NCBI GenBank assembly: GCA_905205665.1
Contig: CAJLEF010000005.1
Coordinates: 25,266 to 89,265, forward strand
DNA from: an uncultured Bacillota bacterium
Lineage (GTDB): Bacteria > Bacillota_I > Bacilli_A > RF39 > UBA660
Reading direction: 5' to 3'
DNA: 64,000 bases
The translations under genes and the position numbers were made by a program. Shown here piece after piece: positions 1 through 10,391 of the stretch (the stretch's first letter is position 1; the number at the start of each line of letters is the position of its first letter). The notes beneath the pieces are model-generated. The model was given only the letters and a program-made list of their open reading frames with translations. It made no database searches and was not told where the DNA came from.

Positions 1-561
1 GATGACCGGGTAGATGATTTAGCTAAAGAAGTTTTAGAAAAATTTTATGAAGAACTTTCTAGTCATAAATGTTATCGTGATGCTCATCCTACTTTATCCG
101 TTCTTACCATAACATCTAATGTGGTATATGGTTCTAAAACAGGTGCCACTCCAGATGGACGTAAAAAAGGGGTTGCTTTTGCACCAGGGGCTAATCCTAT
201 GCATCAACGTGATGAAAATGGAGCGATAGCAAGTTTAAATTCGGTTGCTAAGATTCCATATCAAGGATGTTGTGAAGATGGTATTTCAAATACCTTTAGT
301 ATTGTGCCAACAAGCCTTGGACATTCTTTAGACGAACAAGTAAATAATCTTGTTTCATTATTAGAAGGCTATTTTAGTCAAGGAGCTCATCACTTAAATG
401 TTAATGTTTTAAATCGTGATATGCTTATTGATGCCATGAATAATCCTTTAAAGTATCCTCTTTTAACTATTAGAGTTTCTGGGTATGCGGTTCGTTTTAA
501 TCGTTTAACTAGAAAACAACAAGAAGAAGTTATTTCAAGAACTTTCCATGAGAAGTTATAA
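1..561 (+). CDS. pflB: Formate C-acetyltransferase (pyruvate formate-lyase), C-terminal fragment. The reading frame is open from position 1, so the gene starts upstream of the window.
   Basis: Frame 1 translates from nt 1 as [44 protein letters not shown]... The glycine-radical motif RVSGYAVRF sits near the C-terminus, and pflA follows immediately. Confidence 0.85.
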   Translation, partial: DDRVDDLAKEVLEKFYEELSSHKCYRDAHPTLSVLTITSNVVYGSKTGATPDGRKKGVAFAPGANPMHQRDENGAIASLNSVAKIPYQGCCEDGISNTFSIVPTSLGHSLDEQVNNLVSLLEGYFSQGAHHLNVNVLNRDMLIDAMNNPLKYPLLTIRVSGYAVRFNRLTRKQQEEVISRTFHEKL

Positions 562-1283
562 TGAATGGATATATTGATTCAATCGAGTCTTTTGGACTTC
601 TTGATGGCCCAGGAATCAGGACAGTTGTCTTTTTAAAAGGATGTCAATTAAGATGTTTATATTGTCACAATCCTGAAATGTGGATGATGAAAGGTAGTAC
701 CATTAGCTCAGATGAACTTGTCAGTAAAATAAAAAGAAATAAACCTTATTTTAAAAGAAATCATGGTGGAGTCACTTTTTCAGGAGGGGAACCTCTCTTA
801 CAAAAAGATTTTTTAATAGAAGTTATGACCAAATTAAAACAAGAAAATATTCATATTGCTCTTGATACGGCTGGTGTTGGTATAGGTGATTATGACAAAA
901 TTTTATCTTTAGTAGATTTAGTTTTATTTGATGTTAAATACGCGGATAAAGATGGTTATCAAAAATTAACAGGATATCCTATTGATGAGTCTGAAAAATT
1001 TATTAAAGCCCTAAATAAAAGCGGCAAACCTGTTTGGATAAGACAAGTAATTGTTCCTACTATGATGGACAATGATGATTATTTACAAAGATTAGCTTTA
1101 TATTTAAATAAAATAGATAATATTGAGAAAATTGAATTTTTACCTTTTCATCATTTAGGTTTTAGTAAATATGAAAAACTACATTTAAAAAATCCTTTAA
1201 TTAATACTCCGGAAATGGATAAAGAAGAATGTCAAAAACTATTCCTAAAATGGCAAGAAAAAAAAGAAAACAAGGCGATTTAG
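561..1283 (+). CDS. pflA: Pyruvate formate-lyase activating enzyme (radical SAM).
   Basis: CqlrClyC radical-SAM cysteine triad (CQLRCLYCHNPE). The start overlaps the pflB stop (TAATG). Confidence 0.85.
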   Translation: MNGYIDSIESFGLLDGPGIRTVVFLKGCQLRCLYCHNPEMWMMKGSTISSDELVSKIKRNKPYFKRNHGGVTFSGGEPLLQKDFLIEVMTKLKQENIHIALDTAGVGIGDYDKILSLVDLVLFDVKYADKDGYQKLTGYPIDESEKFIKALNKSGKPVWIRQVIVPTMMDNDDYLQRLALYLNKIDNIEKIEFLPFHHLGFSKYEKLHLKNPLINTPEMDKEECQKLFLKWQEKKENKAI

Positions 1284-1367
1284 CTTTGTTTTTTTCTAAA
1301 ACAAAACAATTGTATTCCTTATAAAACTATGTTAAAATATAACTTGCAAAAAAAGAGGGGGACTATT

Positions 1368-1814
1368 ATGTTCGATGAAAATAAATTGAGATTTCAGATA
1401 ATACCCGGCGATAAGGAAATCGTGACCTCTTTGGAAAGATTAAAATATGCTTCTTTTGATGCTTTAAATGATGAAATAACGGTGTCTTTAGGAGAATTTT
1501 TAGAAAGAAATATGACAGGATTAATGGCACTTTATGAAAATGAAATAGTAGCTGGATGTTTTGCGTGTAATCATGCACCTATTCTTTACATTTCCAGTTT
1601 ATTTGTAAAAAAAGAATATCAACGTTGCGGTTATCATTTAGGAAAAAGAATTCTTTTAAAGACGTTACAGCAAAAAGCTGAATTTGAAAAACATTATAAA
1701 GAACATTTTGAAATAGCTAAAATGTATGCTATGAATGAAAAATTAAAAAATCTTTATTTATCTTGGGGCTTTGAAGCTCCTTATGATTCATTATTAGTTC
1801 GAAAATATTTATGA
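1368..1814 (+). CDS. GNAT-family N-acetyltransferase-like protein.
   Basis: A QRCGYHLG motif-A-like segment. An AAGAGGGGG ribosome-binding site lies before the ATG at 1368, and the longer reading frame from 1329 has no such site. Confidence 0.45.
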   Translation: MFDENKLRFQIIPGDKEIVTSLERLKYASFDALNDEITVSLGEFLERNMTGLMALYENEIVAGCFACNHAPILYISSLFVKKEYQRCGYHLGKRILLKTLQQKAEFEKHYKEHFEIAKMYAMNEKLKNLYLSWGFEAPYDSLLVRKYL

Positions 1815-1825
1815 GGAGGGATAGG

Positions 1826-2404
1826 ATGTATTTTGCAAAAAATGAAATTATTTTAGAACCTTATGAGGATATAGCTATTAAAAAGGAAAATGATAGTCAA
1901 TATACTAAAATGGCGACAAGCTATAAAGGAGAAAACTTATATATCAATGAAGAACCCGTTTTTTTACTACGTAAAAGTTACAAGGAACCTGATATGCCTG
2001 AGTTTGCTAATATTGAAACCAGAAAAGTTTCTGTTCAGGAAGAACTCAATCCTGTGCTTATAAAATTAGAACAGTTACTTTTAAAACAAAAATTATACAG
2101 TCTTTCAAGATTTTATCAACAATTTTCAATATTGAAAACCCATATTTATGGCTATTCTTGCGATAAAGCGGTAAAATGTGGTCATGAAGATGGTTATCTT
2201 CATTTAGTACTAGCAAATGATGAAGACCCTAAAACCGTTTATCATTATTATCAAAATCAAGGTTTAATTCTTCATGAGAATAGATTTTTTCCAGCAGATC
2301 CAGGAATTTTAATTAATGAAGAAGATGTTAAAAATTTTCCTTTAATGAAAAAACATGCTAAAAATGAAATTCTTTTACCAACAAATTTAAAAAAACGCTT
2401 TTAG
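1826..2404 (+). CDS. Hypothetical protein immediately upstream of obg.
   Basis: A GGAGGG ribosome-binding site precedes the ATG at 1826. No recognisable motifs. Confidence 0.4.
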   Translation: MYFAKNEIILEPYEDIAIKKENDSQYTKMATSYKGENLYINEEPVFLLRKSYKEPDMPEFANIETRKVSVQEELNPVLIKLEQLLLKQKLYSLSRFYQQFSILKTHIYGYSCDKAVKCGHEDGYLHLVLANDEDPKTVYHYYQNQGLILHENRFFPADPGILINEEDVKNFPLMKKHAKNEILLPTNLKKRF

Positions 2405-2418
2405 AAAGGAGTATTACT

Positions 2419-3693
2419 ATGTTTGTGGATATTGTAAAAATGAAATTAATTGCTGGCAAAGGAGGAGATGGATGTACCTCTTTTCGAAGAGAAAAATATA
2501 TTCCTATGGGAGGACCGGATGGCGGTTCTGGTGGCAAGGGAGGCGACATCGTCTTTGTATGTGATGAAAGCCTAAAAACTCTAGTTGATTTAAAATATCA
2601 TAAAATCGTGAAAGCAACTAAGGGTGAAAATGGTAAAGGCAAAAATAGACGTGGTGCTAATGCGGAAGATATTATTATTAAAGTACCCGTTGGCACGACT
2701 ATTTTTGATGATGATACAGGTTTAGTAATTGCTGATTTATTAGAAGATAAAGAAGAAGTTATTGTTGCCCATGGAGGCCGTGGGGGAAGAGGAAATACCG
2801 CTTTTGCTACTCATGAAAAACCTGCTCCAGAATTTTCAGAATTAGGAGAACCTGGTGAAATCCGTTATATTAAGTGTGAATTAAAACTTTTGGCAGATGT
2901 CGGACTTGTTGGTATGCCAAGTGTTGGTAAAAGCACTATTTTAAATGCCGTTACAAGTGCGAATCCTAAGATTGCTAGCTATCACTTTACAACATTAAGT
3001 CCTAACTTAGGTGTGGTTACTTTAAAAGACAAATCTTCTTTTGTTTTAGCTGATCTACCAGGTATGATTGAAGGAGCTAGTAAAGGAGTAGGACTTGGAC
3101 TTGACTTTCTAAGACATGCTTCTCGTTGCCTTATTTTAGCTCATGTGATTGATATGGGAAGTGAAGAAGGTAGAAATCCTATTTCGGATTATGAAATTAT
3201 TCGTAAGGAAATCGTGAGTTATAGCGATGCTTTAGCCAATAAAAAAGAAATTATTTTAGCTAACAAAAAAGATTTACCCACTTATGAGGAAAATCTAAAG
3301 AAATTTAAAGCAAAATATCCTGATAAAGACATCTTTGAAATAAGTGGCCTTACTCATGAAGGTTTAGATGAATTAATGCTTTATTTAAAAAAGACAATTG
3401 ATACTTTACCTAAAAGCGAAGTTTATAAAAATGATGATTTTGAATCTACCGTGATTTATCGTTTTAAAAATGAAAAACCATACACCATTACTAAAGAAGA
3501 TGGCATATGGGTTATTCGAGGCGAAGAAATTGCTAAATTATTCCAAATGACTCGTTTTGAAGAAAAAGAAGCTGTTTTACGGTTTGGACGTAAATTAAAA
3601 GGCATGGGGATTGATGATGAATTAGAACGTCTAGGAGCCAAAAGAGGCGACGAAGTTCAAATCATGGATTATATTTTTGAATTTAAGGAATAA
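2419..3693 (+). CDS. obg: GTPase Obg (CgtA).
   Basis: N-terminal MFVDIVK...GGDGG glycine-rich Obg fold, with G motifs GMPSVGKST, DLPG and NKKD. Confidence 0.9.
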   Translation: MFVDIVKMKLIAGKGGDGCTSFRREKYIPMGGPDGGSGGKGGDIVFVCDESLKTLVDLKYHKIVKATKGENGKGKNRRGANAEDIIIKVPVGTTIFDDDTGLVIADLLEDKEEVIVAHGGRGGRGNTAFATHEKPAPEFSELGEPGEIRYIKCELKLLADVGLVGMPSVGKSTILNAVTSANPKIASYHFTTLSPNLGVVTLKDKSSFVLADLPGMIEGASKGVGLGLDFLRHASRCLILAHVIDMGSEEGRNPISDYEIIRKEIVSYSDALANKKEIILANKKDLPTYEENLKKFKAKYPDKDIFEISGLTHEGLDELMLYLKKTIDTLPKSEVYKNDDFESTVIYRFKNEKPYTITKEDGIWVIRGEEIAKLFQMTRFEEKEAVLRFGRKLKGMGIDDELERLGAKRGDEVQIMDYIFEFKE

Positions 3694-4009
3694 ATTTTAA
3701 AACAGAACCAATATATAATTTTTGACTAGTATTTTTAGGTAATTCTAAGATACTAGTTTTTTTAGGCTCATCACTGACTTTAACAATTTTATTTTTAGGA
3801 ACATCACGGTAAATATAAATGACTTGATTATTTTCATTTAGTCCAATAACGTCAATGTTTTCTTTCATAAAAAAAGTATGGATGGCATTACATTCTGGAA
3901 ATAAAATTCCATAGTTAATATTGGTTTTGCCCATAAGCCCTAAAAGTCGATCCTTAAAGTGAGTAGCCTTTTTGATTTCTATTTCTTGATTATTTAATTT
4001 TAATTTCAT
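3683..4009 (-). CDS. DUF192/COG1430-like small protein.
   Basis: 108-aa open frame convergent with obg and overlapping it by 11 nt. Family assignment is from general resemblance only. Confidence 0.4.
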   Translation of the reverse strand: MKLKLNNQEIEIKKATHFKDRLLGLMGKTNINYGILFPECNAIHTFFMKENIDVIGLNENNQVIYIYRDVPKNKIVKVSDEPKKTSILELPKNTSQKLYIGSVLKFIP

Positions 4010-4140
4010 CTAGATCACCTAATCCAATTTATGCTGTATATTTTTTTATATGTCAGATTTATTATATAATTTTTTAAGGCTAAAAGTATAGAGATATCGT
4101 TACAATAAATTCATTTTTAATATCAAGCATAAATATTTAT

Positions 4141-4167
4141 TTAGCACTCATATATTGACAGTGCTAA
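4141..4167. promoter_or_regulatory. CIRCE inverted repeat (HrcA operator) upstream of htpG.
   Basis: TTAGCACTC-N9-CAGTGCTAA matches the consensus TTAGCACTC-N9-GAGTGCTAA at 17 of 18 positions. It overlaps a TTGACA(4155)-17-TATAAC(4178) promoter. Confidence 0.7.
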
Positions 4168-4209
4168 ATAAATGTGTTATAACTTTAAGTGTTGAAAGAA
4201 GGAATGAAT

Positions 4210-6090
4210 ATGGCTAAAAAGCAATTTAAAGCGGAATCAAAAAAATTAATGGATTTAATGATAAATTCAATTTATACAAATAAAGAAATATTTTTAAGAG
4301 AAATCATTTCCAATGCAAGTGATGCGATTGACAAACTTCATTATGAATCTCTTACCAATAAAGATATAAAAGTTAATGCGAAAGATTTTGAAATCTTTGT
4401 AAAACCTGATAAAGAAAAACATACTTTAACTATCACAGATAATGGTTGTGGTATGACAAAAGAAGAACTAGAAAATAATTTAGGTACGATTGCTAAAAGT
4501 GGTTCTCTTGCGTTTAAAGAAGAAAAAGACCCTCAAAAAGATATTGATATCATTGGTCAATTTGGGGTTGGTTTTTACAGTGCCTTTATGGTAGCTTCTA
4601 AAATAGAAGTCATTTCTAAAGCTTATGGCAGTGAAGAAGCTTATAAATGGGTAAGTGAAGGAATTGATGGTTATACCATTGAAAAAGCAAGTAAAGATAC
4701 TTATGGAACCGACATTATCTTAACCTTGAAAGAAGATACCGAGGATGAAAAATATTCGGAATACTTAGAAGAATATCGTTTAAGAGGACTTATCAAAAAA
4801 TACTCTGACTATATTACTTATCCTATTAAAATGGAAGTTACTCATAGTCATTTAAAAGAAGGAACTGAAAATGAATATGAAAGTCATACCGAAATTGAAA
4901 CCTTAAATGATATGGTTCCTTTATGGAAAAGAGATAAGAAAAAAATTAAAGAAGAAGATTATGATACCTTCTATAGTGATAAATTTATGGACTATGAAAA
5001 GCCTTTAAAAGTAATTCATACGAGTGCTGAAGGTTTAGTAAGTTTTAATAGTTTACTATTTATCCCAAGTCATGCGCCTTATGATTTTTATACGAAAACA
5101 TATGAAAAAGGCTTACAACTTTACTCTAACGGGGTTTTAATCATGGAAAACTGTGCTGATTTACTTCCTGATTACTTTAGTTTTGTCAAAGGCGTTGTTG
5201 ATTCTCCAGACTTATCTTTAAATATTTCTCGGGAAATGTTGCAACAAGATAAAAATTTAAAATTAATTGCTAAAAATATCGAAACCAAAATTATTAAAGA
5301 ATTAACAAGCATGATGAAAGAAGATAAAGAAAATTATGAGAAATTCTTTAAAACTTTTGGAGCTACGATTAAATATGGTATTTATGAAAACTTTGGTATG
5401 CATAAAGATAAATTACAAGATTTAATCATTTTTGCTTCTTCTTATGAAGATAAAATGACTTCTTTAAAAGATTACGTTTCTAGAATGAAAGAAAACCAAG
5501 ATGCTATTTATTATGCTTGTGGGGAAACAACAGATAAGATTAAACTTATGCCTCAAGTAGAACAAGTTACGGATAAAGGTTATGAAATATTATATTGTAC
5601 CGAGTATGTTGATGAATTTACTTTCCAAAGTTTAAGAGAATATGAAAGTAAGAAATTTGTAAACATCTGCAAAGAAGATTTAAATTTGGATACACCAGAA
5701 GAAAAAGAGGAATTACAAAAATTAAATGAAGATAGTAAAGATTTACTGGCTACTATGAAAGAATCTTTAAAAGATATTTCTGGTGTTAAATTTACAAACC
5801 GTCTAAAAAATCATCCTGTTTGCTTAGTATCTGAAGGGGATATTTCTATAGAAATGGAAAAAGTTATCAATGCCATGCCAACAGATGAAAAAATAAATGC
5901 AAATAAAGTATTAGAGATTAATGCTAATCACAAAATCGCTGAAAAATTAAAAACATTATATGAAACCGATAAAGAAGCTTTAAAAGACTACACTAAGATT
6001 TTATATGCGGAAGCAAGACTCATTGAAGGTCTTCCTATTGAAAATCCAACGGAACTTGCTAGCCTTATCTGTGACAAATTAGCAAATTAG
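4210..6090 (+). CDS. htpG: Chaperone HtpG (Hsp90 family).
   Basis: HATPase motifs NASDAIDKL and GQFGVGFYSAFMVA. A GAAGGA ribosome-binding site precedes the ATG at 4210. Confidence 0.9.
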   Translation: MAKKQFKAESKKLMDLMINSIYTNKEIFLREIISNASDAIDKLHYESLTNKDIKVNAKDFEIFVKPDKEKHTLTITDNGCGMTKEELENNLGTIAKSGSLAFKEEKDPQKDIDIIGQFGVGFYSAFMVASKIEVISKAYGSEEAYKWVSEGIDGYTIEKASKDTYGTDIILTLKEDTEDEKYSEYLEEYRLRGLIKKYSDYITYPIKMEVTHSHLKEGTENEYESHTEIETLNDMVPLWKRDKKKIKEEDYDTFYSDKFMDYEKPLKVIHTSAEGLVSFNSLLFIPSHAPYDFYTKTYEKGLQLYSNGVLIMENCADLLPDYFSFVKGVVDSPDLSLNISREMLQQDKNLKLIAKNIETKIIKELTSMMKEDKENYEKFFKTFGATIKYGIYENFGMHKDKLQDLIIFASSYEDKMTSLKDYVSRMKENQDAIYYACGETTDKIKLMPQVEQVTDKGYEILYCTEYVDEFTFQSLREYESKKFVNICKEDLNLDTPEEKEELQKLNEDSKDLLATMKESLKDISGVKFTNRLKNHPVCLVSEGDISIEMEKVINAMPTDEKINANKVLEINANHKIAEKLKTLYETDKEALKDYTKILYAEARLIEGLPIENPTELASLICDKLAN

Positions 6091-6093
6091 TGA

Positions 6094-6123
6094 AAATCAA
6101 GGGTCATTCCTTGATTTTTCTTT
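6094..6123 (+). terminator. Intrinsic terminator after htpG.
   Basis: AAATCAAGG/CCTTGATTT 9-bp stem followed by a T-run. Confidence 0.55.
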
Positions 6124-6172
6124 AACAAAATGTGTATTATTATGTTATAATCTTTAGTACGGGTGGTAGAGA

Positions 6173-8707
6173 ATGAAACGTAGTGAAGTAAATTATGAAG
6201 AATTAAGTCCTATGATGAAACAATATATGGACACGAAAAAAGAGTATGAAGAAGAACTCCTTTTTTATCGTATTGGGGACTTTTATGAGCTTTTCTTTGA
6301 AGACGGGATTACAGCATCTAGAGAATTAGAACTTACTTTAACCGGTAAAAATGCCGGGCTTAAAGAAAGAGTTCCTATGTGTGGAGTACCTTTTCATTCT
6401 GTAAAGCCATATATTGAAAAACTAGTTAACAAAGGCTATAAAGTAGCTATATGCGAACAACTAGAAGATCCCAAAGACGCAAAAGGTATGGTAAAACGAG
6501 GCGTTACTCAGGTTATTAGTAAAGGAACCGTCGTTGATTTAGAATTATTAAATGAACACAACAACCATTATATTGCCAGTATCCTAGACTTTTCTTATAT
6601 ATATACTCTTTGCTATGCCGATATATCAACGGGTAGTATTTACGTTTCTATTCTACCTCATCAAAAAGATAAACTATTAAGTACTATTTTAAATCTAAAT
6701 ATTTTAGAGGTTGTTATTAAAAGAGATTTAGATTACGAGCTTCAAGCAAGCTTAAAAGGAAATTATGGTATTGAAATGTCTTTTGATGATGAACTTTTAG
6801 AAAATGCTTATGAATCTGTTTATGAAAATGTTGAAGAACCACATTATATAGAAGCTATTAAACACTTAATGCATTATTTAGTTGTTAAAGAATTAAAAGA
6901 CTTATCTCACTTTAAACCCGTCGAAGTCGTTATTCCAGATGATTATTTAATGATGGATGTTCACACGGTTCGTAACTTAGAGCTTGTTGAAACCCTTCGT
7001 CTTAAAGAAAGAACCTATTCCTTAATTTGGCTTTTAGATAAAACTAAAACCAGTATGGGTTCTAGAAAACTAAAATTTTGGTTGATGAATCCTTTAAAAA
7101 ACCAAGCTCTTATTGAAGAACGTTATAATAAAATTGAAATATTAAATCAAGAATTCATTTTAAAAGATGAACTTCGTAATTCTTTATACAATATTTATGA
7201 TATTGAAAGATTATGTGGTAAAGTTTCATGTGGTTCTTTAAATGCTCGTGATTTATTGCAACTAAAACAAAGTTTAAAAGAACTACCTAAAATTAAAGAA
7301 ATCGTTTGTAATTTACATTTTGATATGGAAATTGATACTCACGAAGATTTATATAACTTATTAGAAGAAGCCATTTATGAAGACCCTCCTGTCACGATTA
7401 AAGAGGGATATCTTATTAAAGAAGGGTATAATCAGGAATTAGATGAATTAAAGAAAATTAGAAGTGGTGGCAAAGAATTTATTGCAAGTATTGAAAACAA
7501 CTTAAAAGAAGAAACGGGAATTAAAAATTTAAAAGTTGGCTTTAATAAAGTGTTTGGATACTACATTGAAATTACCAAAGGACAAATTAACAATGTCCCT
7601 GAAAGCCTTCATTGGGAAAGAAGACAAACTCTTACGGGATGTGAAAGATATATTAGTCCTGAATTGAAAGAAAAGGAAGCCCTTATTTTAAATGCTGAAG
7701 AAAAAATTATTGATTTAGAATATCGTCTATTCTGTGAAATTAAAGAAACTATCAAAAAGCAAATTTTGAAATTAACAGATACAGCTAACTTAGTAGCAGA
7801 ATTAGATGCTATCACAGCCTTATCTGTAGATGCTGAAGAACTTCATTTAGTAAGACCTACTTTAAATACGAATCATAAAATTGAAATAAAAAATGGTCGT
7901 CATCCGGTTATCGAGAAAGTAAGCAACAAAGAATATGTTTCTAATGATTGTATCATGGATGAATCCATTAATACTCTTTTAATTACAGGTCCTAATATGA
8001 GTGGTAAATCTACTTATATGAGACAATTAGCTATCATTTTAATCATGGCACAGATGGGTTCTTTTGTACCCGCCACATCCGCTAATTTACCAATTGTCGA
8101 TAAGATTTTTACTCGTATTGGTGCTAGTGATGACTTAGTAAGTGGGGAATCTACTTTTATGGTTGAAATGAAAGAAGCTAAAAATGCGATTTGTAATGCG
8201 ACAGAAGACAGCTTAATCTTATTTGATGAATTAGGAAGAGGAACCGCGACTTATGATGGTATGAGTTTAGCTGAAAGTATTCTTTCTTATGTGGCAACAC
8301 ATATTCGTTGTAAAACGCTTTTTTCAACACATTATCACGAATTAACAGCCCTAGAAACTAGAATTCCTTCTATAAAAAACGTTCATGTAAGTGCGGTAGA
8401 AGAAAATGGCAATTTGATTTTCTTACATAAAATTAAAAATGGTGCCGTAGATAAAAGTTATGGTATTCATGTTGCTAAATTAGCTGGACTTCCCGAACAA
8501 ATTATTAGTGATGCCAATGACATCTTAGCTCAACATGAAAAACAAACAAAAAAGAAGAAAAACGAAGAACAAATTCAATTTGTGATGGAATTTCCTGAAG
8601 AAAAAGAAGATCCTATTAAAGAAAAGCTAAAAAATGCCGATATTTTACACATGACGCCTTTAGAAGCTATCAATTTTATTTATGAATTAAAAGAAGAATT
8701 AAAATAA
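6173..8707 (+). CDS. mutS: DNA mismatch repair protein MutS.
   Basis: Walker A GPNMSGKST and FDELGRGT motifs, with an N-terminal mismatch-binding domain. Confidence 0.9.
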   Translation: MKRSEVNYEELSPMMKQYMDTKKEYEEELLFYRIGDFYELFFEDGITASRELELTLTGKNAGLKERVPMCGVPFHSVKPYIEKLVNKGYKVAICEQLEDPKDAKGMVKRGVTQVISKGTVVDLELLNEHNNHYIASILDFSYIYTLCYADISTGSIYVSILPHQKDKLLSTILNLNILEVVIKRDLDYELQASLKGNYGIEMSFDDELLENAYESVYENVEEPHYIEAIKHLMHYLVVKELKDLSHFKPVEVVIPDDYLMMDVHTVRNLELVETLRLKERTYSLIWLLDKTKTSMGSRKLKFWLMNPLKNQALIEERYNKIEILNQEFILKDELRNSLYNIYDIERLCGKVSCGSLNARDLLQLKQSLKELPKIKEIVCNLHFDMEIDTHEDLYNLLEEAIYEDPPVTIKEGYLIKEGYNQELDELKKIRSGGKEFIASIENNLKEETGIKNLKVGFNKVFGYYIEITKGQINNVPESLHWERRQTLTGCERYISPELKEKEALILNAEEKIIDLEYRLFCEIKETIKKQILKLTDTANLVAELDAITALSVDAEELHLVRPTLNTNHKIEIKNGRHPVIEKVSNKEYVSNDCIMDESINTLLITGPNMSGKSTYMRQLAIILIMAQMGSFVPATSANLPIVDKIFTRIGASDDLVSGESTFMVEMKEAKNAICNATEDSLILFDELGRGTATYDGMSLAESILSYVATHIRCKTLFSTHYHELTALETRIPSIKNVHVSAVEENGNLIFLHKIKNGAVDKSYGIHVAKLAGLPEQIISDANDILAQHEKQTKKKKNEEQIQFVMEFPEEKEDPIKEKLKNADILHMTPLEAINFIYELKEELK

Positions 8708-8741
8708 GTGTGATATAATATAATTTAGAAAGGTGATTATT

Positions 8742-9341
8742 ATGGAAGACAATGTTAAAACTTATTATATTAACCGCTTTGGTTTACCAGATGAGTATGG
8801 TGAGTTAAAAAACGGTCTAGAAGTAAAACAAATTATTTTGAAAATCTTATATGCAAGCGATTATACTAATGCTTTAAATTCATTTATTGAATTATATTAT
8901 GCTTGCCATAAAAGCATGAAAAGATTAAATCAAATACTTGATATACCTATGAGAAATTGCAAAATCAAAGATATGCCTATTATTCAAAAATTATTACGCG
9001 ATTTCAATCCTAATAATATTATGAAAATAGATGCTGTGGTTGGTATGGCAGACGTAGGAAGCTCATTAAGAGAAAGAGCAATTTATAAAGCAGATATCTT
9101 TTACATATCTTGTGAAGGTAAAACCGATGGAGAAATTCTAGCTATTTATAAAGACCGAAGAGAAATTTATCGTCAAATTAATCAAGCTATTTTAAATCAA
9201 GATAAAGCCTTTTTAAAAGAAAATATTGATTTAATTTTATCAATGCCATGTTATAGATGGAGCCTTTCTTACTTTTCTTTAACGAATAGTGAATTAGAAC
9301 CAAACACTTCTATTCTTTCCAGAAAAAAAGAAAGTAAGTAA
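8742..9341 (+). CDS. Hypothetical protein where mutL would be expected.
   Basis: An AAAGGTGA ribosome-binding site precedes the ATG at 8742. No recognisable motifs. Confidence 0.4.
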   Translation: MEDNVKTYYINRFGLPDEYGELKNGLEVKQIILKILYASDYTNALNSFIELYYACHKSMKRLNQILDIPMRNCKIKDMPIIQKLLRDFNPNNIMKIDAVVGMADVGSSLRERAIYKADIFYISCEGKTDGEILAIYKDRREIYRQINQAILNQDKAFLKENIDLILSMPCYRWSLSYFSLTNSELEPNTSILSRKKESK

Positions 9342-9353
9342 TATATTGAAAAA

Positions 9354-9376
9354 AACTTAGTAAGCGTTTTACTAAG
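9354..9376. terminator. Bidirectional hairpin between convergent genes.
   Basis: CTTAGTAA/TTACTAAG stem flanked by A-runs and T-runs. Confidence 0.45.
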
Positions 9377-9382
9377 TTTTTT

Positions 9383-10204
9383 TCAGGATAAATGTTTATT
9401 GATTTTTTCTAAGGTTAATGTTTCATTTAAAAAATCATCAATTAAAAACTCTGGAATTTTACTTCCAACTAATTCATAAAGATCAACATCATCAGGATTA
9501 TCCAAAAAGCTATCAATATATTCCCGAGATAATAATTCAATAACTAAAACACTTAAAGAAAAGTCAGTTAATCTTTGATAATTTTCGTTTGGCTTGGCAG
9601 AATAAATGGCTGAATGTCCATCAATATCAATAATTTCTGGATGAAAATTTCGGGTAAGTAAAATATTGGTGTTTTTACTTTCTTTAGTAGGATGTTGACA
9701 CAAATCAATATGATAAACATTATGATCAGTTAATTCTTTTACTTCTTTTAAGATTTCTTTCACAATTTTAAGACGCCATTTATAAATAGGAATATTCATC
9801 ACATCATAAATATTTATAGCAGGTTTATGATAATGCAACGAACATCCTCTTATTTTGCCATCTAAATAGATAGGTTTTTGAGGAAGTCTAGTTAAATGGA
9901 TATCTTTTTGAAGTTCAATAGCTTTAATAATAGATTCTTCTCTAGCTAAACGAACACCTTCTGCATCAAAATATTGTATAGCTCGCTCTTTTACACCAGT
10001 ATTTGTAACATTTTTGACAGGAGTTATATTGACACCATCTTCATCCACGATGATATTTCGAATATTTACTTGCATATAATCAGAACTGCTATGATAAATT
10101 TTAAGTAACTCATCATTACTATATTGATAAATTGTTCCTTCGGTGCCTTTACCAATTATTTTAAGTTTTTCTAAATCGTTCTTTGTAATTTCAATTTTAT
10201 CCAT
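9383..10204 (-). CDS. Protein-kinase-like (aminoglycoside phosphotransferase/CotS-like fold) protein.
   Basis: Gly-rich loop IIGKGTEGTIY followed by a Lys, an HIDLCQH catalytic-loop-like segment and an IIDIDGH DFG/IDWE-like segment. Monocistronic. Confidence 0.35.
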   Translation of the reverse strand: MDKIEITKNDLEKLKIIGKGTEGTIYQYSNDELLKIYHSSSDYMQVNIRNIIVDEDGVNITPVKNVTNTGVKERAIQYFDAEGVRLAREESIIKAIELQKDIHLTRLPQKPIYLDGKIRGCSLHYHKPAINIYDVMNIPIYKWRLKIVKEILKEVKELTDHNVYHIDLCQHPTKESKNTNILLTRNFHPEIIDIDGHSAIYSAKPNENYQRLTDFSLSVLVIELLSREYIDSFLDNPDDVDLYELVGSKIPEFLIDDFLNETLTLEKINKHLS

Positions 10205-10268
10205 AATTTCCTCTTTCAGGAATTTATTATACCTTTAAATAAACTTTAAAAAAATAAAATATAATATA

Positions 10269-10297
10269 TTGACACTTAATTTACACAAAAATATAGT
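10269..10297 (+). promoter_or_regulatory. Sigma-A-type promoter for the nusB operon.
   Basis: TTGACA-17 nt-TATAGT. Confidence 0.5.
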
Positions 10298-10391
10298 CTT
10301 ATTGTTTTAGGAAATGCTATCAAAAAGGTTGATTTAGCCTAGTAACTTGTTACATTTTCTGATAAAATAGTTAGGAATGAAGGTGATTTAG

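Noticed and set aside
1811-2404. The gene upstream of obg as a Spo0B phosphotransferase (spo0B-obg synteny in Bacillus).
   Set aside because: No resemblance to the Spo0B histidine phosphotransfer helix or overall sequence. Left as hypothetical.
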